Shown here piece after piece: positions 1 to 10,300 of a stretch of 64,000 nt of DNA. The stretch covers positions 1,472,001 to 1,536,000 of the forward strand of contig NZ_JAQNDL010000002.1 of NCBI RefSeq assembly GCF_028368995.1, read 5' to 3'. The DNA comes from Nannocystis bainbridge. GTDB taxonomy: Bacteria > Myxococcota_A > Polyangia > Nannocystales > Nannocystaceae. The notes under the pieces are model-generated. The model was given only the letters and a program-made list of their open reading frames with translations, did not search any database and had not been told where the DNA came from. Both the position numbers and the translations under genes were made by a program. The first letter of the stretch is position 1, and the number at the start of each line of letters is the position of its first letter.

Positions 1-60
1 CGCCCTCGCAGCCCGCGCCTGCCTCGCGTCCGCGAGGCGCCCGGGACGACGAGCGCGCTG

Positions 61-160
61 CATCGAGCATGTTCAATAGGACATGCTCTCATGAGCATGT
101 CCTTCGAGTCATGTCCCAAGGATAATGATCTTTCGAGCATGTTCGAGAGGACATGCCTGC
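61..160. repeat. 14-bp-phased CATG array (7 units)
   Basis: CATG at 68, 82, 96, 110, 138 and 152, with AATG at 124; exact 14-bp spacing and variable spacers. Confidence 0.9.
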
Positions 161-200
161 GCCGGTCCACGCGCCCGACGATCGTGCAGCGAACGCCGCC

Positions 201-1817
201 TCAGCGATCGTGCAGGCGCGTGCCGAGCGGCCGCTTCGCCTCGTCGCGCAGGCCGACGAGCACGCTGTCGCCGGCCTCGGCCAGGGCCAGCTCGCCGTAG
301 CGGGCCGCCTCGAGCGTCGTGGCCTCGCCCTCGGGGAACAGGAACGTCTCCGCCCCGAGGCTCACTTCGTCGCCGCGCTTGTGGTAGCGCAGGCGCAGCT
401 CGCCGGGCCGCAGCGCGCGGCCGTCGTCGACGCGGACGAACTGGGCCACGTCGTCGGCGTCGCGGGTGACGACCAGCGCCCCGCGCGAGGCCATCGCCTG
501 CACGTCGTCCAGCTCGGACACCAGCGCGTAGCGCAGCTCCATGTAGTCGCCCTGCATCAGCGAGCGCGGATCGACCGGGGCAAGGCGCAGCAGCACTCGC
601 TCGCCCGCCGCCAGCACGCGCTCCTTCTCGAACACCACCCACCCGGGGATCGCCAGCCCGAGCGCCAGCGCCAGCGACAACCACCGCAGGTCGCCGCCCC
701 GCGTCGCCAGCCGGCCCGCCTCCGTCTCGCGCGGGCGCGCGGCCGTGCGCCGCAGCAAGCCGGCCAACAGCAGGAACATCAGGCCGTGGCTGACGGCCAC
801 GAGCGACTTGGCCAGCAGCGTCGTGCCGTGCTCGTAGTACCAGAAGCCGAGGAAGCCGCCGATCGCGCTCAGGCCGAGCAGGCGCAGGTTGAAGCTCGCG
901 CGCAGCTGCCCGAGGATCAGCAGCGTCAGCCCGGCGCTGAGGCCCGGGGTGTCGAGGCCGAGCAGGGCGGTCAGCCAGATCCCCACACACGCGGCCGCCT
1001 GGGCCCGCCCGCGCAGCTCCGGCCGCTCGCGCCCCGCCTGTACGATCAGCCAGGTCGACAGCGCCGCCCAGCCCGCCGACAGCGCCATCGCTTCGAGCGC
1101 CCACGCGTCGCCGAGGAACATCGGCAGCCCGTCGGTCGCCCCGTCGCCGGCCCCGACCGTGATCGGCCCCAACAGCGCGAGCGGGAGGGTATACGCCAGC
1201 GGCTGCCACAGCCGGCCCAGCCGCGGCAGCAGCTGCGCCTGCAGCACCCACAGTCCGCACAGACATGTCCCCATGAACAGGGCCAAAAGACCATGTCCGA
1301 AGGGACCTACGTCGAGCTCGGCGGCCAGCACCAGCAGCGCCCAGGCGCCGACCAGGACCGCGGCGCAGCCGATGCTGAGGTCGCGGATCAGCCCCAGCGT
1401 GATCGCTTGCAGGATCATCGTGGCGACGCACATGGCCTCGTCGTCGCCGATGACCTCGGCCAGGCTGACGAGCAGCAGGATCTGGCCGCCGATGGCGGCG
1501 ATCCACCGCAGCTGCAGCTCGAGCAGGGTGGTCGCGCCGCGCGCGAGCACGGCCGCCAGCCCGAGGCCCGCGGCGCCGAGCGTGAGGCCGAGCGGCGCCA
1601 CCTCGGTGACATCCATCTCCACCAGGAAGACCGCCAGCAGCAGCGCCCCGAGCCACACCGAGACCGAGGCGCCCGCCTGCTGCAGCCGCAAGCCCTCGCC
1701 GGTGAGCCCGGTCAAGGCGTCGCGGGTCCGCTGCCCGAGCGGCGTGTCGGCGTCGAGCGCCGCGGGGTCGACGTGGCCCTCGCGGGCCAGCTGCTCGAGC
1801 AGCGCCCGGGTGCTCAC
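201..1817 (-). CDS. Membrane protein, DUF4401-like region fused to a C-terminal GDYXXLXY domain
   Basis: Multiple TM helices, then LAPVDPRSLMQGDYMELRY; GTG start overlaps the upstream stop (GTGA at 1814-1817). Confidence 0.85.
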   Translation of the reverse strand: MSTRALLEQLAREGHVDPAALDADTPLGQRTRDALTGLTGEGLRLQQAGASVSVWLGALLLAVFLVEMDVTEVAPLGLTLGAAGLGLAAVLARGATTLLELQLRWIAAIGGQILLLVSLAEVIGDDEAMCVATMILQAITLGLIRDLSIGCAAVLVGAWALLVLAAELDVGPFGHGLLALFMGTCLCGLWVLQAQLLPRLGRLWQPLAYTLPLALLGPITVGAGDGATDGLPMFLGDAWALEAMALSAGWAALSTWLIVQAGRERPELRGRAQAAACVGIWLTALLGLDTPGLSAGLTLLILGQLRASFNLRLLGLSAIGGFLGFWYYEHGTTLLAKSLVAVSHGLMFLLLAGLLRRTAARPRETEAGRLATRGGDLRWLSLALALGLAIPGWVVFEKERVLAAGERVLLRLAPVDPRSLMQGDYMELRYALVSELDDVQAMASRGALVVTRDADDVAQFVRVDDGRALRPGELRLRYHKRGDEVSLGAETFLFPEGEATTLEAARYGELALAEAGDSVLVGLRDEAKRPLGTRLHDR

Positions 1818-2806
1818 GCCTCGTCCTCCTCGGGCTCGGCCGGGCGGCGGGCGCGGAACCACTCGCCGCCGACGTAGCCCTGCGCGCCGAGCAACATGCT
1901 CATGATGAACAGGCCGCTGACCCCGGCGTCGAGCACGTCGAACACCAGCTTGCCCTCGGCGATGGCGAGCAGGCCGAACAGGTGGGCCACCGCCACGCGC
2001 TCGAGCTTGAAGTCGCCGAGCTCGCGCCCGAAGTGCAGCAGCGCGGCCGGCTGCGCCAGGGCCACCAGCAGCGCGAGCGCCTGTCCTTCGGGCCAGCCGT
2101 TCATGACGATCGCCGCCGCGCCGTGGGCGAAGCCGATGCACCAGCCGAGCATCAACGCCGTCGCCGCGGGGCCCTCGAGCGCGCCGCGGCGGATCCGGAG
2201 GAGCAGCGCCAGGGCGGTCAGGGCGGCCGTCACGGCCAGGCTGACCCAAAGACCAGGTGTCTCGAACGGGTTGCTGCCGAGCGCCTGATCGATCCACAGG
2301 TAGGCGGTCGTCACCGCCAGCAGCAGCGCCGTGATCCACGCGCCGCTGAACCGGGTCGCCAGCGCGTAGCCGGCCAGCACCACCGACCAGGCGAGGAACA
2401 GCTCGAACGCGTCGGCGCCGGTCTGGTAGACCTGGCCGACCAGGGCCAGCAGCGGCCCGAACAGCAGCCCGCCGGCCAGCGCCGCGGCCCGCCCGCTGAG
2501 CTTGTCGAGCCCGAGCCTGCCGCCCGCGAGGGTGGCGACGGCCATCGCCGCGGCCGCCATGCCGATCCGCGCCTGCGGCGAGAACATGTCCCAGTTGGCG
2601 GCGACGAAGAAGATCGCGCCGGCGACCGCGAGCACGGTGCCGAGGATGATCAGGTGGAAGCGCGCGAACCGGTACCAGCTCTCGGCGGTCGGCTTGTGGC
2701 CGATCAGCTCGAGCGCGCGCTCGAGGGCCGCGGGCTCGAGCACGCCGGCGGCCGCGAGCGCATGCACGCGGACTGCCAGCGGCGCCCCTGCCAGCGGGTC
2801 GTTCAC
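1814..2806 (-). CDS. DUF2157-family membrane protein
   Basis: GAIFFVAANW and LALVGQVYQTGAD motifs; typical neighbour of GDYXXLXY genes; GTG start chosen at 2806. Confidence 0.85.
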   Translation of the reverse strand: MNDPLAGAPLAVRVHALAAAGVLEPAALERALELIGHKPTAESWYRFARFHLIILGTVLAVAGAIFFVAANWDMFSPQARIGMAAAAMAVATLAGGRLGLDKLSGRAAALAGGLLFGPLLALVGQVYQTGADAFELFLAWSVVLAGYALATRFSGAWITALLLAVTTAYLWIDQALGSNPFETPGLWVSLAVTAALTALALLLRIRRGALEGPAATALMLGWCIGFAHGAAAIVMNGWPEGQALALLVALAQPAALLHFGRELGDFKLERVAVAHLFGLLAIAEGKLVFDVLDAGVSGLFIMSMLLGAQGYVGGEWFRARRPAEPEEDEA

Positions 2807-3132
2807 GCGGCGACGGTAGCACGCCGGCCCGGAGCCCGCGACGCCGGCGGCCATCCTGCGCCAGGGCGTCGGTCGACGCGGCGACGCGCGAGACCGCGAG
2901 ACGAAGATGGGCACGGCAGGACAGGCCAGGTATCGACCGCAAAGGCGGATGCACGGGTACGCCGGCAGGATGAGGGGACCGTCGCACCGCCGACCGCGCA
3001 CCGGGAGCGCATGCCTCGGGCGACAGGACATGGCGCGAGGGACAGGTCGCGTATTCGACCGCGAAGCCTGGCGTCCTGGCTGGCCCGCGGTCGCGAGCGC
3101 CCCCGGCTGCCGCGCTCGGGTATCGTGGCGGC

Positions 3133-4668
3133 ATGCGACGGACTCGTTCTTCCTTACCGCTGGCCCTCACGCTGGCCGGGTGCAGCGTCGAGATCGGGCA
3201 GCCCACCGACACCTCGACGAGCGAGGGCTCCGCGACCACCGAGTCTCAGGGCGAGAGCACGACGGGCACGTCGACCGTCGATCCGACCGGGGCCCCGACG
3301 ACCTCGACCGCTTCCACCTCGAGCACGAGCACGGGCACGACCGAGGCCGCGACCACTGACGTGCCGGCCGAGACCGACGGGCCGGTCCTGCCGGGCTGCG
3401 GGGATGAGTCTCATTTCGCCACGTTCAAGCAGCCGACCACGCTGATCCACGTGGCGACCGACGGCGCCGACGGGCCCGACTGCGGCGGCGAGGCGACGCC
3501 GTGTCAGACCCTCGCCGCGGCCGCGGCCAAGGCCACGCCGGGCACCGGCATTCGCCTGCTCGGCGAGACCTTCGGCCCCGACATCTTCCTCACCGACCTC
3601 GCCGGCACCGAAGATGCGCCGATCTGGATCGGCGGCGAACCGAATGGCACGCGCCCGCTCATCAGCGGCGGCGGCGAGGGCCTGCACCTGTCGCGTGTCC
3701 GCCACCTGGTCCTGCACGACCTCGAGATCACCGGCGCCACCAGCAACGGTATCAACGTCGACGACGGCGGCGACGTCGACGATCCGGAGGCGACCCGCTT
3801 CGTCGCGTTCGAACGCCTCTACATCCACGACATCGGCCAGGGCGGCAACCAGGACTGCCTCAAGCTGTCGGGCGTGCACGATTTCTGGGTGCTGGGCAGC
3901 CAGTTCGAGCGCTGCGGGGCCGGCGGCAGCGGCATCGATCACGTCGGCTGTCACCGCGGCCTGCTGGTCGGCAACTGGTTCCACGACAACGGCGGCAACG
4001 CGATCCAGACCAAGGGCGGCAGCGAGGACATCGAGATCCGCGGCAACACCATGGTCGACTGCGGGCAGCGGGCGGTGAACATGGGCGGCTCGACCGGGTT
4101 CGAGTTCTTCCGCCCGCCGCTGACCCCCGACGGCGTCAACGCGGAGGCGCGAAACATCCGCGTGGTCAGCAACGTGATCGAGGGCGGGGAGGTGCCGCTG
4201 GCGTTCGTCGGCTGCGTCGACTGCCTGGCGGCCCACAACACGATCATCCGCCCGCAGCAGTGGCTGCTGCGGATCCTGCAAGAGACGGTGACGGACCAGC
4301 AGTTCACGTTCGCGCCGGCGAGCGGCGGCCGTTTCTTCAACAACCTGGTGCTGTTCGACCGCGCCGAGATCTCGACGCACGTGAACATCGGCGGCGACAC
4401 GGCGCCCGAGACGTTCAGCTTCGCCAGCAACCTGTGGTTTGCCGCCGACGCGCCCGATCAGTCGAGCCCCGCCGGCGATCTGCCGGTCGTCGAGACCGAT
4501 CCGCTGACCGGCGTCGATCCGCTGCTGGTCAACCTCACCGACGACTACCGCCTCACGCCCGCCAGCCCGGCGCTCGGCACGGGCACGCCGCTGCCGGAGG
4601 TGGTCGCCGACCGCGACGGGCTGTGCTGGCGCGATCCGCCGAGCCGCGGCGCCTACGAGCTGCACTGA
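3133..4668 (+). CDS. Lipoprotein with Thr-rich linker and right-handed parallel beta-helix domain
   Basis: Lipobox LAGC, S/T-rich linker, PCQTL motif, repeated beta-helix strands, C-terminal DYRLTPASPA...GAYE. Confidence 0.8.
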   Translation: MRRTRSSLPLALTLAGCSVEIGQPTDTSTSEGSATTESQGESTTGTSTVDPTGAPTTSTASTSSTSTGTTEAATTDVPAETDGPVLPGCGDESHFATFKQPTTLIHVATDGADGPDCGGEATPCQTLAAAAAKATPGTGIRLLGETFGPDIFLTDLAGTEDAPIWIGGEPNGTRPLISGGGEGLHLSRVRHLVLHDLEITGATSNGINVDDGGDVDDPEATRFVAFERLYIHDIGQGGNQDCLKLSGVHDFWVLGSQFERCGAGGSGIDHVGCHRGLLVGNWFHDNGGNAIQTKGGSEDIEIRGNTMVDCGQRAVNMGGSTGFEFFRPPLTPDGVNAEARNIRVVSNVIEGGEVPLAFVGCVDCLAAHNTIIRPQQWLLRILQETVTDQQFTFAPASGGRFFNNLVLFDRAEISTHVNIGGDTAPETFSFASNLWFAADAPDQSSPAGDLPVVETDPLTGVDPLLVNLTDDYRLTPASPALGTGTPLPEVVADRDGLCWRDPPSRGAYELH

Positions 4669-4696
4669 GCGCGGCGGCCGGGCCGCCGCGCACCTC

Positions 4697-4760
4697 GGGA
4701 CATGTCCGTCAGCACATGTCCGTCAGAGCATGTCCCGCAGCACATGCCCTGCAGGCCAGC
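4697..4760. repeat. 14-bp-phased CATG array (4-5 units)
   Basis: CATG at 4701, 4715, 4729 and 4743, CAGC at 4757; lies between convergent genes. Confidence 0.85.
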
Positions 4761-5159
4761 TCATACGCACGCCGCCGCGGTCTTGAGCAGCTCGCTGTAG
4801 GCCTCGGCATCCAACAAAGTGGTGAACTCGCTGAGGTCGGGGGGGCGCACCGCGATCATCCAGCCCTCGCCGTAGCAGTCGTCGCTGATGGTCGCGGGCG
4901 TCAGGTCGAGGCCCTCGTGCACGCGGACTACCGAGCCGCTCAGCGGCGTGAACAGCTCGATCTCCGCCTTGGCGCTCTCGAGCACCGCGAAGCACTGGCC
5001 GGGCGCGAGCTCGTCGCCGGGCTGGACGCGGAGGGCGAAATCGGTGATCTCGCCGAGCTGATCGAGGGCGCGAGCGCTGAGCCCGACGAGCACGCTGTCG
5101 CCGTCGAGTTCGGCCCAGACATGATTGCGCGCGTACCGGCGGGAGTGAACGGGGGGCAT
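4761..5159 (-). CDS. gcvH: Glycine cleavage system H-like lipoyl carrier protein
   Basis: HVW...VGLS...LGEI, LESAKA (lipoyl Lys), PLSG, DCYGEGWM. Confidence 0.85.
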   Translation of the reverse strand: MPPVHSRRYARNHVWAELDGDSVLVGLSARALDQLGEITDFALRVQPGDELAPGQCFAVLESAKAEIELFTPLSGSVVRVHEGLDLTPATISDDCYGEGWMIAVRPPDLSEFTTLLDAEAYSELLKTAAACV

Positions 5160-5234
5160 CGGTTTCGCGTTATCCCACGCGAACCTGGCGCCAGCAACGG
5201 CCCCACTGCGCCGCAGCAGAACCGCGTTCGGGGG

Positions 5235-5813
5235 TCAGCGGCGGCCGGTGGTGGCCAGCTGCACGGCGATCCCGAGCAGCGCCAGCGCGGCCCACGCGAC
5301 GACCTCGGGGACCGCGTCGGGCAGGCCACCGGTCCACGGCAGGGCCGTCAGGTCGGTCAGCCACCGGATCGGGCTCTCGGCCATCACCTCGGCGCTGCGC
5401 ACCACCAGCGCCGCGCCGGTGATCGCGGTGGCGACGATCAGCACCACCCGCGTCACCACTACGCTGGCGCTGCCGGCCACGCAGGCCAGCAGCAGCTGGA
5501 CCTGCCACGAGACGCCGCCGACGGCCGGCGCGGCGGCCCAGGTCAGCAGCAGCGCCGCGACCGCGCCGATGGCGAAGACGCCGATCCGGAAGTACGCCAG
5601 CACCGTGCCGAGGCCGAGCAGGCCGGCGCCGATCTGCATCAAGCTGGCCGTGAGGACCTGTCCCGGAAACCAGATCGCGGCCAGAGCGGCGCCGGCGCCG
5701 ACGCCGAACACCAGGCCGTAGATGCCGAGCACCAGCGGGAACAACCTGTATCCGGCGATGCAGTGCACGAGCCCCACCAGGAGCGCGACGACGGGGGGCA
5801 GACCGAGCGGCAC
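5235..5813 (-). CDS. Membrane protein, DUF4203/TMEM198-like
   Basis: CIAGYRLF motif, several TM helices, IVATAITGA, GIAVQ. Confidence 0.7.
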   Translation of the reverse strand: MPLGLPPVVALLVGLVHCIAGYRLFPLVLGIYGLVFGVGAGAALAAIWFPGQVLTASLMQIGAGLLGLGTVLAYFRIGVFAIGAVAALLLTWAAAPAVGGVSWQVQLLLACVAGSASVVVTRVVLIVATAITGAALVVRSAEVMAESPIRWLTDLTALPWTGGLPDAVPEVVAWAALALLGIAVQLATTGRR

Positions 5814-6087
5814 GCCGGGACCCTAGCGACCGCGACCGCACAGGGCAAAATAACGGCCGGCCCGGCCGGGGGCAGAGGGCCGGCTCGCCGGTCGCGGCCG
5901 TCGCGGAGGCCAGCTCCGGCAGCGCGCCGGCGAACCCATCCTGGGGGCTGCGAGATCGCGAACGGCCCGTCACGCTCCGCGAAGCCGCGGTCGCGGGTCC
6001 GGATGTTTCACCGTTCGCTGCGAGGACGGACACATGAGGGGTTCCCCCTCGTGACAGGCGATCGTGGTATGGCAGGTCGAACGCGCC

Positions 6088-7392
6088 ATGCGCACCGTCC
6101 TGCTCCTCGCACTCCTGGCCGTGACTCCGCTCGCCTGCGGCGGTGAAGCTGGCGCGGGTGGTCCGGGCGGCCCCGGCGGTCCCGGAGGCAAGGGTCGCCG
6201 CGGCGGTGAGGCCGAGCCGCTGGCCGTCGCCGTCACCACCCTGACCCCGGCCACCATCGAGCGGCACTACCGCGGCGCCGGCACCCTGCGGGCCCTGCGA
6301 GCCGCCGACCTGGTCGCGCTGCAGCCCGGCGTCGTGCTCGATCTCAAGGCCGAAGAGGGCGACCTCGTGGCCGAGGGCCAGCTGCTGGCTCGCCTCGACG
6401 GCCGCGCGTATCAGCTGCAGGCCGCGCGCGACCGCCTCAGCGCCCAGAACGCGGCCAAGGAGCTCGGGCGGCTCGAGCAGTTGACCGGCGTGCTGTCGCG
6501 CGAAGAGCTCGACAAGCAGCGCTACGCCGCCGAATCGGCGCTGGCCAGCGCCCAGGTGTCGCGCCACCAGGCCTCGCAGACGACCGTCTCGGCCCCGTTC
6601 GCCGGCACCATCACCCGCCGCCACATCGACGTCGGCAACCTCGCCACCACCTCCAAGTCGCTCTTCACGATCGCCGACCTCAGCGCCCTCGACCTCGAGC
6701 TGCACGTGCCCGAGCGCGAGGCCAGCGCGGTCCAGGCCGGGGCGCCGGCCGTCGTCGAGCTGCAGGACGGCAGCACGTTCGAGGCCCGGGTCGAGCGCCG
6801 GGCGCCGGTCGTCGACCCGCTGACCGGGACCGTGAAGTTCGTGGTCCGGGCCCGCAGCTTCCCCGCGGGCGCGGTGCCCGGGGCGTTCGCGCGCGCGACC
6901 CTGCGCGTGGCAGTGCGCGAGGCGGCGCCGAGCGTGCCGCGCAGCGCGATCGTCGAGGTCGAGGGCAAGCCGCACGTGTACGTGGTCGAGGAGGGCCGGG
7001 CTCGCCGGCGTCCGGTCGAGCTCGGGCTGGTCGGCGAGGACCGGGCGGAGATCCGCGGCGGCGTGGCCGAGGGCGCCTCGATCGTGCTCGACGCCGGCAC
7101 CGGCATCGCCGAGGGCATGCCCGTGCGCGCGGTCGCCGAGGGCGAGGCCAAGGGAGCCACCAAGGCGACGGGCGAGGGCAAGGCCGACGCTGCCGCGGGC
7201 GGCGAGGGCAAGGCCGCGGCGGGCCAGGCAGGCGCCGCGGCTGCGGGCCTGTCCGCCGAGGCAGGTCCGAAGGGACAGGTCCCCGAGGCCAGGTCCGAAG
7301 GGGCAGGTCCCGAGGGCCAGGTTCCCGCGGCCAGGGCGCAAGAGACAGGTCCGAAGGGGCAGGCGGCCGCGGCGCCGCCAGGGGTCCGGTGA
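6088..7392 (+). CDS. RND efflux periplasmic adaptor (MFP) lipoprotein
   Basis: Lipobox LAC, EGDLVAEGQLLARLD, SAPFAG, VDPLTGT; directly upstream of the RND permeases. Confidence 0.92.
   Translation: MRTVLLLALLAVTPLACGGEAGAGGPGGPGGPGGKGRRGGEAEPLAVAVTTLTPATIERHYRGAGTLRALRAADLVALQPGVVLDLKAEEGDLVAEGQLLARLDGRAYQLQAARDRLSAQNAAKELGRLEQLTGVLSREELDKQRYAAESALASAQVSRHQASQTTVSAPFAGTITRRHIDVGNLATTSKSLFTIADLSALDLELHVPEREASAVQAGAPAVVELQDGSTFEARVERRAPVVDPLTGTVKFVVRARSFPAGAVPGAFARATLRVAVREAAPSVPRSAIVEVEGKPHVYVVEEGRARRRPVELGLVGEDRAEIRGGVAEGASIVLDAGTGIAEGMPVRAVAEGEAKGATKATGEGKADAAAGGEGKAAAGQAGAAAAGLSAEAGPKGQVPEARSEGAGPEGQVPAARAQETGPKGQAAAAPPGVR
7245..7365. repeat. 14-bp-phased CAGG/CCTG array inside the MFP 3' end (9 units)
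   Basis: CCTG at 7248; CAGG at 7262, 7276, 7290, 7304, 7318, 7332, 7346 and 7360. Confidence 0.9.
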
Positions 7393-10300
7393 CGGGCGAG
7401 GCGCGGCCGCGCGGCATGGTCGCGGGCGCGGTCGGGCGGCCGGTCACGACCACCATGGTGCTGGTCGCTCTGGTCGTGTTCGGGCTGGTCGCGCTGACGC
7501 GGCTGCCGCTGGCGCTGCTGCCCGACCTCAGCTACCCGAGCGTCACCGTCCGCACCGAGATGCCGGACGCGGCCCCGCAGGAGGTCGAGGAGCTGCTGAC
7601 GCGGCCGGTCGAGGAGCTGGTCAGCGCGGTCCCGGGGGTGGTGCAGGTCGAGTCGGTCTCGCGCGAGGGCATCAGCGAGGTCGTGCTCGATTTCGGCTGG
7701 GGCACCGACATGGACCGCGGGCTCGACGACGTGCGCGAGAAGCTCGACCGCGTGGCCCTGCCGACCGGCGTGCAGCGGCCGGTGGTGCTGCGCTACGACC
7801 CGTCGCAGGAGCCGATCCTGCGCCTGGCTCTGGTCTCGCGCGACAACATGCGCCCGGCCGAGCTGTGGGAGCTGGCCGATCGCCGGGTCAAGCGCGCGCT
7901 CGAGAAGATCCCCGGCGTCGCGGCGGTGCAGATCCACGGCGGCGACAAGGAGGAGGTCCGGGTCGAGCTCGACCCGCAGCGGCTGTCGGCCCTGCGCGTG
8001 ACCGCCGACGAGGTCGCCCAGGCGATCCGCCGCGACAACGTCAACCGCCCCGGCGGCGCGCTGTCGGAGCAGAAGAGCCGCTACCTGCTGCGCACCGTCC
8101 ACGAGGCGCGCGAGCCGGCCGAGCTGGCCGAGGTCGTGGTCCGCAGCCAGAGCGGCGCCGAGCTGCGCCTGCGCGACGTCGCCGTGGTCGCGCGGGTGCC
8201 GGTCGAGCGCGAGGAGCTGGCCCTGGTCGCCGGCCGCGAGGCGGTCGAGCTGGCGGTCTACCGCGAGGGCGACGCCAACACGGTGGCGGTGTCGCGGGCG
8301 GTCCAGACGGCGCTGCCCGAGCTGCCCCTCGGGACAGGTCAGAGCGTGGTCGTGCTCAGCGACCAGGCCGCCTTCATCGAGTCGGCGATCGCCGAGGTCC
8401 AGAGCAACACCCTGCTCGGCGGGGCGCTGGCGGTGCTGGTCCTGCTGTTCTTCCTCCGCGACCTGCGGGCCACCCTGGTCATCGCCGCGGCCATCCCGAT
8501 CTCGCTGCTGGTCACCTTCGTGCCGCTGCAGATGCTCGGCGTCAGCCTCAACCTCATGAGCCTCGGCGGCCTGGCGCTCGGCGTCGGCATGCTGGTCGAC
8601 AACAGCATCGTCGTGCTCGAGTCGATCGCCCGCGTGCGGGAGCGCGACCCGCACGGCGGCGCCGCGGCCACGGCGGTGCGCGGGGCCACCGAGGTCGCCG
8701 CGTCGGTCGTGGCGTCGACGCTGACCACGGTGGCGGTGTTCCTGCCGATGGCGTTCGTCGAGGGCGTGGCCGGGCGGCTGATCCGCGACCTCGCGTACAC
8801 GGTGTCGCTCAGCATCCTGTCGTCGATGTTCGTCAGCCTGACCCTGGTGCCGGTGCTGCAGAGCCTCGGCGGCGGGGCCGGCGAGGGCGAGGGCGAGCCG
8901 GCGCCGCGCTCGCTGATCGCCTGGCTGCTGGCCCCGCTCGCCCTGGCGTTTCGCGGCCTGCGCGTTGCGACATGGTCGATGGGGAAGGTGCTCCGCGTGC
9001 TCACGGCCCCGTTCACGGCCGCCTACGCCGCGGTCGAGGATGCCTATCCGCGGCTCCTGCGGGCCGCGCTGCGCTGGCGGTTCACGGTGGTGGCGCTGGC
9101 GGTGGCGCTGTGCGTGCTGGCGTTCCAGCAGCTGCAGGGCCTCGGCAGCACGCTGCTGCCGGAGATCCAGCAGGGCGAGTTCTTCGTCCAGATCTCGCTG
9201 CCGCAGGGCAGCTCGCTCGACCGCACGGCCCACGTCGCCCGCCGGGTCGCCGCCGCGGTCGAGCAGGACGAGGCGGTCGCCCAGGTGTTCGCGCGCGTCG
9301 GCAGCATGACCGCCGGCGACAGCGCCACCGGCACGGTCGCCGGCACCCACCTGGCCCAGGTCAACGTCCGCCTGCAGCCGGGCCTGCTGGCGCCGGAGGA
9401 GGCCGCGCTCGAGGAGGCGCTGATGCTGGCGATGGCCGGCGCGGCCGCCGATCCGGAGGCGACGCTGCGGCTCGGCCGACCGGCGCTGTTCTCGTTCGAC
9501 GCCCCGATCGAGGTCCGCATCTTCAGCGAGGAGCCCGAGCGCGCGATCGGCCACGCGCTGGCGCTGCTGCCCGACCTGCGCGCGATCGAGGGCCTCGCCG
9601 ACGTCGCCCCGGACGACCTCGCCGGCCGCCCCGAGGTCCGCGTCGACTTCGATCGCGAGCGCCTCAGCCGCCTCAACCTCGGCGTCGACGCGGCCGCGCT
9701 CGCGGTCCAGCGCGCGGTCCAGGGCGAAATCGCGACCAAGATGCACGCGGCCGACCGGCAGCTCGACGTCCGCGTTCAGCTGCCGCAGGTCGACCGCACC
9801 CGCGCGGCCGATGTCGGCAAGATCGCCGTGGCCGTGATCGGCGACATCCCGGTCACCGTGGCCGCCGTGGCCGACCTGGTCGAAGGGACAGGCCCCGCCG
9901 AGATCCGCCACCTCGACGGCCGCCGCGGCCTGCGGATCCGCGCCCGCCTCACCGGTGAGGACCTCGGCACCGTTGCAGCCCGCGTCGAGGACGTGCTCGC
10001 CGCCCACGACCCTGGCGACGGCCGCGTCCAGGCCGAGCTCGGCGGTCAGGCCGAGTCCCTCGGCGGGTCGATGAAAAGCATGATGTTCGCGGCACTTATC
10101 GCCGTGTTCCTCATCTACGTGGTGATGGCGTCGAGCTTCGAGAGCCTGCATCACCCGCTGCTGATCATGTTCACCGTCCCGCTGGCGGTGGTCGGGGTCG
10201 CGTGGGGCTGTGTGCTGACCGGCACCCCGATCTCGGCGATGGTCGGCATGGGGGCGATCATCCTCGGCGGCATCGTCGTGAACAACGCGATCGTGCTGGT

